From NCBI GenBank assembly GCA_052161645.1, contig CP197414.1: a stretch of DNA of 64,000 bases; one strand, given 5' to 3'. A model generated the notes under the pieces. The model did no database searches, had not been told where the DNA came from, and worked only from the letters and a program-made list of their open reading frames with translations. The DNA is from Planctomycetaceae bacterium SH139 (lineage in GTDB: Bacteria; Planctomycetota; Planctomycetia; Pirellulales; Pirellulaceae). A program made the translations under genes and the position numbers. Positions 58,763-64,000 of the stretch are shown here, in pieces (positions within the stretch are counted from its first letter, which is position 1; each line of letters starts with the position of its first letter).

Positions 58763-59794
58763 TTACGAACGAGTAAACTTTTCCGGTTCCGGTTCCGGTA
58801 TATCTTTCAACAACCGCTGGATCAGATCGTCAGTCGTCTGACCCTCAGCCTGAGCCTGAAAATTGGTCGCCACGCGGTGACGCAGCACGGGAATCGCGAT
58901 CCGCCGAATGTCTTCCGGGGCAACGCTAAAACGACCATCCATGGCCGCCAACGCTTTGCCTCCAGCCAGCAGGAATTGGCCCGCCCGCGGCCCGGCACCC
59001 CAGTCGACCAGCTCTCGAACGTACTGCGGAGCCGCCTCGTCGCGAGGCCGCGTGGAACGCACCAGTTTGGCCACGTAGCGAATCACATAGGGGCTCACGG
59101 CCACGCTCTGAACTAACTTCTGGATGCTCAAAATGGCGCGACCCGAGAGCACTTTCACCGGTTCTTCGCTTTCCCCCCGCGTGCTGGCGGTGAGGATTCT
59201 CTCCTCCTCATCGGCAGTGGGATAATCGACGCGGATGTTGAACATGAACCGGTCGAGCTGGGCTTCAGGTAACGGATAAGTCCCCTCCTGCTCAATCGGG
59301 TTTTGCGTGGCGATGGTGAAAAACGGGTTGGGCAGATCGAGCGTATCGCGGCCGCTGGTCACCTGCCGCTCCTGCATCGCCTGCAACAACGCGGCTTGCG
59401 TTTTCGGAGGTGTCCGATTGATCTCGTCAGCGAGCAAAATATTTGTGAAAATGGGCCCCTCGACAAATCGGAACGTGCGCCGCCCCGAATCGTCTTCTTC
59501 CAAGACCTGTGTTCCCGTAATATCCGAGGGCATCAAGTCGGGAGTAAATTGAATCCGCTTAAAGGAGACGTCCAAAATCCGGGCTAGCGTGCTGACCATC
59601 AGCGTTTTGGCCAGCCCGGGAACCCCTTCGAGCAAACAGTGCCCGCGGGTAAAAATTGCCGCCAGCAGTTGCTCGATCACTTCCGACTGCCCCACAATCA
59701 CTTTCCCCAGTTCTTGGCGCATCGTCTGCTGATGCCCAGAGAACTCGCGGAGAACTTCACCTAAATTGCGAGATTTCGGCGGTGTGGAACTCAT
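58763..59794 (-). CDS. MoxR-family AAA+ ATPase
   Basis: [20 protein letters not shown] (Walker A). [23 protein letters not shown] (Walker B / sensor). Typical ~340-aa MoxR. Confidence 0.9.
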   Translation of the reverse strand: MSSTPPKSRNLGEVLREFSGHQQTMRQELGKVIVGQSEVIEQLLAAIFTRGHCLLEGVPGLAKTLMVSTLARILDVSFKRIQFTPDLMPSDITGTQVLEEDDSGRRTFRFVEGPIFTNILLADEINRTPPKTQAALLQAMQERQVTSGRDTLDLPNPFFTIATQNPIEQEGTYPLPEAQLDRFMFNIRVDYPTADEEERILTASTRGESEEPVKVLSGRAILSIQKLVQSVAVSPYVIRYVAKLVRSTRPRDEAAPQYVRELVDWGAGPRAGQFLLAGGKALAAMDGRFSVAPEDIRRIAIPVLRHRVATNFQAQAEGQTTDDLIQRLLKDIPEPEPEKFTRS

Positions 59795-59917
59795 CGCTAC
59801 GTAAGCTTCATGCGGGGGAAAAGGAGCAAATCGGGTACAATTCCCCTGAGGGAAACCGCCACCGAACAGGAATCAACCACTGACAGCTTAACGGCAAACG
59901 GTGGTCAATGAGAGGGA

Positions 59918-62296
59918 GTGTCCAGAATGCCAACGATCCAACCCAGTTATTCATTAATCATCGCCTCCCTGCTTGCTATGCTGGTAACGCCACTAGGGCC
60001 CCCCACAGCGCGCGCGGATATCACGGCCGCGCAAGTTGAAAACTCGATTCGCCGGGGGATGGAATACCTGGAAAAACGCCAATTGGGTACCGGCGGTTGG
60101 GATGAATATTTGCAGCACAATTGCGGACTGACTGCCCTCTGCACCCTTTCCCTGGTGACCGCTGGCATGCCTCCGGAATCCCCCACGATCAAGCGGGCCA
60201 TGAATTATCTGCGTAAAAAGGGGCCCGTCGACACCTACTCGGTGGCGCTGCAAACGCTGGTGTTTTGCCAAGTCGGAGCGGCCGAGGATCAGCCGCTGAT
60301 CCGCCGCAATGTCCGCTGGCTAGAATCCAAGCAAGTCCCCGCCGGCGCCGTCCGTCGCTTTCCGGGGGCTTGGGGCTATGGCAACGTCAGCACCAGCGGG
60401 GATCCCTCCAACACACAATTCGCTCTGCTAGCCCTCTCAGCGGCCGAAGAGAGCGGGATCGCCGTCTCTCCACAAGTCTTCGCGTTGTCGCTGGAGTATT
60501 GGAAGTCGCGGCAGCATCGCTTCGGCGGTTGGCCCTACATCAGCGACCTCTCCTCGACCGGCAGCATGACCTCGGCGGCGATCGCTTCCATCATCATTTG
60601 CCGCGGCCGACTGACCGATGACAGCTCGCGGATCAACGGGGAAAAGATTCAATGCTGTGGTGGCGGCTCCGAAGACGAAGCGATTGAGCGCGGGCTGCAG
60701 TGGTTGGCAGAAAATTTCACCGTCCGCTCCAACCCGGGTGCCACCGGTGCTTCGCCCTATTTGTATTACTACCTCTACGCGCTGGAACGAGTCGGTCGCT
60801 ATACCGGACGGCGGATGATTGGAGATCATGACTGGTACCGCGAAGGGGCCGAAGTGCTGCTGCGACTGCAAGATGACCTGGGAGGCTCTTGGCGTGGCGA
60901 GTCGATCGAAAACAATCGGTTTGTCGCCACCTCGTTCGCCCTGCTGTTTCTCGCCAAGGGCAAACGCCAAGTCGCTTTAGGGCGGCTGGATTACAGCGAA
61001 CAAGCCGACGCCGATGGTAAACCCGGGCTAGGCAACCAACATCCCGAGGGCCCCCGCCAGCTCGTTCGCCATCTTGAACGTGACTGGGGTCGCGATTTGA
61101 CTTGGCAAACGATTCGCCTGCGGGGAGCCACGGTGGGAGACCTGCTGCAAGCCCCCGTGTTGCTGATCACCGGCAACGAACCACTCAAATTTGACCCAGC
61201 CGCCCGCGACCTGCTCAAAGCGTACATCGAAGGAGGTGGCTTTATTCTATTCGAAGCGGCGGCCGGTGATGGCTGTGGACCGGCGGCACCGTTCGAGCGT
61301 TCGGTCAATGCGTTGTGCCAAGAGATGTTTGGCAGCCCGCTGGAACGCCTCCCCCCAGGGCACCCCATTTGGTACGCCGAACGGCGAGTGGACCCCACCG
61401 CGATCGGTGAAAATTTTTGGGTCTACGGTGTGCAAGCCTGCTGCCGCACGGGCATTGCCTACGTCCCGCAAGCGTTGACCTGTCGCTGGGAATTGAACGA
61501 CCCGACCAGCCGCACCACCTTCGCACCGGTGATTCAAAACCAGCTCGATGCGGCGGTCTCACTGGGGCAAAATATTATCGCCTACGCCACCGGGCGGGAG
61601 CTCAAAGACAAGCTCGAGACGCGCAGCGTGCTGGTCCAAGAAACGACCGCCCGCGCTGGCCAGCGTGGTGTTGTGGCGATTCCCCGCGTGGCTCTGGATG
61701 CGGGTGGCGAGGACGCGCGACGGGCAATTCCCAACTTGGCCCGCTACGTGGACGATTATGTTCCCATGCGGATCACCACCGAGACGCCGCTGGTGCCGAT
61801 CAACGCGGATGCCTTGGAAGCGTACCCCATCGCCTGGATGCACGGTCGCAGAGGCTTTGAATTAACGCCCAACGAAGTCGACGAGCTGCGGACCTTTTTA
61901 GAACGTGGCGGCACCCTGCTGGTGGACTCCATCTGCGGCGACCCGGCTTTCACCCACGCCCTCCGCACGCAGTTGGCGCGCGTCTTACCCGACTCGCCAC
62001 TGACCCCGCTGCCCCCCGACGCACCCTTACTGTCAAGTTCGTTCGGGTTTGATCTAGGAAATGTGACGCTGAGAATCCCGCAACGCAGTGGCAGCGGCGC
62101 AATCACCGTGCAAAAGCGCCAGACCAGCGCCGTGCTGGAGACCGCCTCGATCGACGATCGGGTGGCGGTGATCTTCAGCCCCTATGATCTGAGTTGCGCC
62201 CTGGAGAGCCAAAGTTCAATCCAGTGCCCCGGCTACACGACGGAAGATGCCGTCAAAATCGGGATCAACATGCTGCTCTATTCGCTGCTGCAGTAA
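59918..62296 (+). CDS. Secreted protein with N-terminal prenyltransferase/squalene-cyclase-like alpha/alpha-toroid repeats and a C-terminal DUF4159-like domain
   Basis: Signal peptide. Repeated GGW/QxxxGxW-like motifs (LGTGGWDEY, RFGGWPY, LGGSWRGE). C-terminal half unassigned. Divergent from MoxR. Confidence 0.55.
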   Translation: MSRMPTIQPSYSLIIASLLAMLVTPLGPPTARADITAAQVENSIRRGMEYLEKRQLGTGGWDEYLQHNCGLTALCTLSLVTAGMPPESPTIKRAMNYLRKKGPVDTYSVALQTLVFCQVGAAEDQPLIRRNVRWLESKQVPAGAVRRFPGAWGYGNVSTSGDPSNTQFALLALSAAEESGIAVSPQVFALSLEYWKSRQHRFGGWPYISDLSSTGSMTSAAIASIIICRGRLTDDSSRINGEKIQCCGGGSEDEAIERGLQWLAENFTVRSNPGATGASPYLYYYLYALERVGRYTGRRMIGDHDWYREGAEVLLRLQDDLGGSWRGESIENNRFVATSFALLFLAKGKRQVALGRLDYSEQADADGKPGLGNQHPEGPRQLVRHLERDWGRDLTWQTIRLRGATVGDLLQAPVLLITGNEPLKFDPAARDLLKAYIEGGGFILFEAAAGDGCGPAAPFERSVNALCQEMFGSPLERLPPGHPIWYAERRVDPTAIGENFWVYGVQACCRTGIAYVPQALTCRWELNDPTSRTTFAPVIQNQLDAAVSLGQNIIAYATGRELKDKLETRSVLVQETTARAGQRGVVAIPRVALDAGGEDARRAIPNLARYVDDYVPMRITTETPLVPINADALEAYPIAWMHGRRGFELTPNEVDELRTFLERGGTLLVDSICGDPAFTHALRTQLARVLPDSPLTPLPPDAPLLSSSFGFDLGNVTLRIPQRSGSGAITVQKRQTSAVLETASIDDRVAVIFSPYDLSCALESQSSIQCPGYTTEDAVKIGINMLLYSLLQ

Positions 62297-62330
62297 TCAC
62301 TCAGCGGCGTTCGGAAAATAAGTGTCGTCT

Positions 62331-63644
62331 TTAGCGACGGCGAGGTTTCCGTCGCATCATTGGATTGAGCGTCCGCCGCGATGGCTTTTCGGGCTCGTCG
62401 CTGGCTTTCGCCAACACCAACTCAGGTTGCTCACTCGCTTCAAAACCTGAGATCGAATCGCGGATCAACAGTTTGTCGATTCGCTGTTCAATGCTGGTGA
62501 GGAAATCTCCCTCACCCGGGACCACGAAAGTGAAAGCCACTCCGTCGCGTCCCATCCGGCCAGTCCGGCCAACGCGGTGCACGTAATCATCACTATCTTG
62601 AGGCACATCGTAATTGATGATGTGCGAGATCGTGCTGATATCAATGCCTCGTCCCACCACGTCGGTGGCAACCAAGATCTGTAACTTACCTTCGCGAAGT
62701 TTCAGCAGCACGCGGTCACGATCACGTTGGTTCATATCGCCGTGCATCGCACCGCACTGCGGCCAACGGTCGCTAAGCTTTCGCTGCAGCTTGTCGACGC
62801 CCCGCTTGGTGCGACAAAAGATGATCGCCTGTTTGGGATCTTCACGTTCTAGCAATTGCTTGAGCAAGTCGAATTTACGATCGTGAGCGACGGTGAAATA
62901 ATGCTGTTCGATCGTATCGACCGACATACCGGAGGACGAGCAATCGATGACTTCGGGCTCGAACATGTAGCGTTCGGCCAACTTTCGCACCGTCGGCGGC
63001 AAGGTAGCCGAGAGCAGCAAGGTTTGGCGATCTTTGGGACATTGCCGCAAGATTTTTTCGATCTGCGGGCGGAAACCGATGTCCAACATGCGGTCCGCTT
63101 CGTCTAACACCAAGCACCAAATGTTGTCGGTTCGCAAAGTGCGTCGGGCCAGGTGATCGGCGACGCGACCGGGCGTACCCACGGCGACTTGCACCCCCGC
63201 TTTGAGATCACGCAATTGGCCGGTCATGTTCTTACCACCGGCCAACACGGTAATGCGCGTCGGCACTCCCCAGGCCAGACGCTCTAGTTCGCGACCCACC
63301 TGATCGGCCAACTCGCGAGTCGGCACTAAAATCAGCGCTTGGGGGTCGTGGCATTCTTCGATCGGATCGAGTTGTTCCAAGATGGGAATGCCGAAAGCGG
63401 CCGTCTTTCCCGTTCCCGTGCGGGCTTGGCCAATCACATCGTGCCCTTCGAGGGCGAGGGGAATCAAGCCGGCCTGAATTGGCGTGGCGTGTTCAAATCC
63501 AGCCCGCGCCACTGCCTTTCGCATCACTGCAGAGAGATCAAGGTCGGCGAACAACGCTGGTGCCGGAACTGCGGGCTTATCCATTAAGCATTCGTCATTA
63601 ATTATGGGGCGACGCGTGGTTTCAGCGTCCAAAATTTCAAGCAT
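62331..63644 (-). CDS. DEAD-box ATP-dependent RNA helicase
   Basis: Q-motif GFEHATPIQ. AQTGTGKT. PTRELA. DEAD (VLDEADRM). SAT. HRVGRTGR. Confidence 0.9.
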   Translation of the reverse strand: MLEILDAETTRRPIINDECLMDKPAVPAPALFADLDLSAVMRKAVARAGFEHATPIQAGLIPLALEGHDVIGQARTGTGKTAAFGIPILEQLDPIEECHDPQALILVPTRELADQVGRELERLAWGVPTRITVLAGGKNMTGQLRDLKAGVQVAVGTPGRVADHLARRTLRTDNIWCLVLDEADRMLDIGFRPQIEKILRQCPKDRQTLLLSATLPPTVRKLAERYMFEPEVIDCSSSGMSVDTIEQHYFTVAHDRKFDLLKQLLEREDPKQAIIFCRTKRGVDKLQRKLSDRWPQCGAMHGDMNQRDRDRVLLKLREGKLQILVATDVVGRGIDISTISHIINYDVPQDSDDYVHRVGRTGRMGRDGVAFTFVVPGEGDFLTSIEQRIDKLLIRDSISGFEASEQPELVLAKASDEPEKPSRRTLNPMMRRKPRRR

Positions 63645-63714
63645 CTAAAATATTTTTCTTATAGTGTAAATGATTTAACGTCGTTTGGCTATGGCGCCTC
63701 ACGACTATCGCGTC

Positions 63715-63996
63715 TCACGTCAAGGGGGCTGCGGGACGTTGCTCGGCCACTGCGGGCCCAATCCGCGCGCTTTCTTGACAAAGGGTGGCGACCAGGGCTG
63801 TCCAACCCGTTTGATGACTGGCTCCCAAGCCACGTCCATTATCGCCGTGAAAATACTCGTAAAACAAAATCAGGTCGCGCCAGTGCGGATCATCCCGATA
63901 ACGCGTTTCGGTACCGTGGGCGGGGCGCTGCCCGCTGGCATCCGGTTCAAAAATTGAAATCAGCCGCCGCTCCAGCTCGTGGGCAACTTCCAGCAA
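63715..63996 (-). CDS. 3' (C-terminal) fragment of a gene continuing beyond the window. Glycoside-hydrolase (six-hairpin, GH63/GH37-like) guess.
   Basis: C-terminal ...[23 protein letters not shown] resembles the C-terminal motif of (alpha/alpha)6 glucosidases. The ORF start lies at the window edge. Confidence 0.35.
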   Translation of the reverse strand: MLEVAHELERRLISIFEPDASGQRPAHGTETRYRDDPHWRDLILFYEYFHGDNGRGLGASHQTGWTALVATLCQESARIGPAVAEQRPAAPLT

Positions 63997-64000
63997 CGTC

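Noticed and set aside
1-64000. tRNA/rRNA genes
   Set aside because: I scanned the larger intergenic regions (1800-2210, 7445-7620, 8690-8980, 11850-12210, 13330-13475, 22130-22365, 24375-24595, 37540-37742, 40985-41150, 43370-43480, 54460-54768, 59795-59917) for T-loop-like GTTCRANYC and cloverleaf symmetry and found none. This was a scan by eye, not a tRNAscan search.

Overview
This is a high-GC (~58-60%) bacterial chromosomal segment of about 43 genes. Several hallmarks point to Planctomycetota (Pirellulales-like): an ECF sigma factor next to a Ser/Thr kinase, a YHYH protein, carboxypeptidase-regulatory-domain proteins, a Tat/NHL protein, TTG/GTG starts and very large ORFs. The window mixes housekeeping genes (carB, recG, fabF, alpha-glucan phosphorylase, rpiB, a Sua5/YrdC-like gene, a DEAD-box helicase, a CCA/poly(A)-polymerase family enzyme) with accessory content. 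I found no rRNA, tRNA or CRISPR by eye. The most unusual content is a same-strand, tightly coupled cluster at 25.7-37.5 kb: ABC exporter - site-2 protease/CBS - NfeD/YqiJ-like membrane protein - 709-aa flotillin - 1742-aa coiled-coil AAA+ protein. This is a candidate uncharacterised membrane-microdomain system. Other notable items are an imuA-imuB mutagenesis module with no adjacent dnaE2, a decayed BlaI/CarbopepD_reg locus, a lone extended IS200-like Y1 (HUH) transposase-domain gene, a YrdC-LMW-PTP fusion next to rpiB, and three unrelated 15-bp tandem-repeat arrays (two in-frame in secreted proteins, one intergenic). All functional calls rest on motif and family recognition by eye. No database search was run.
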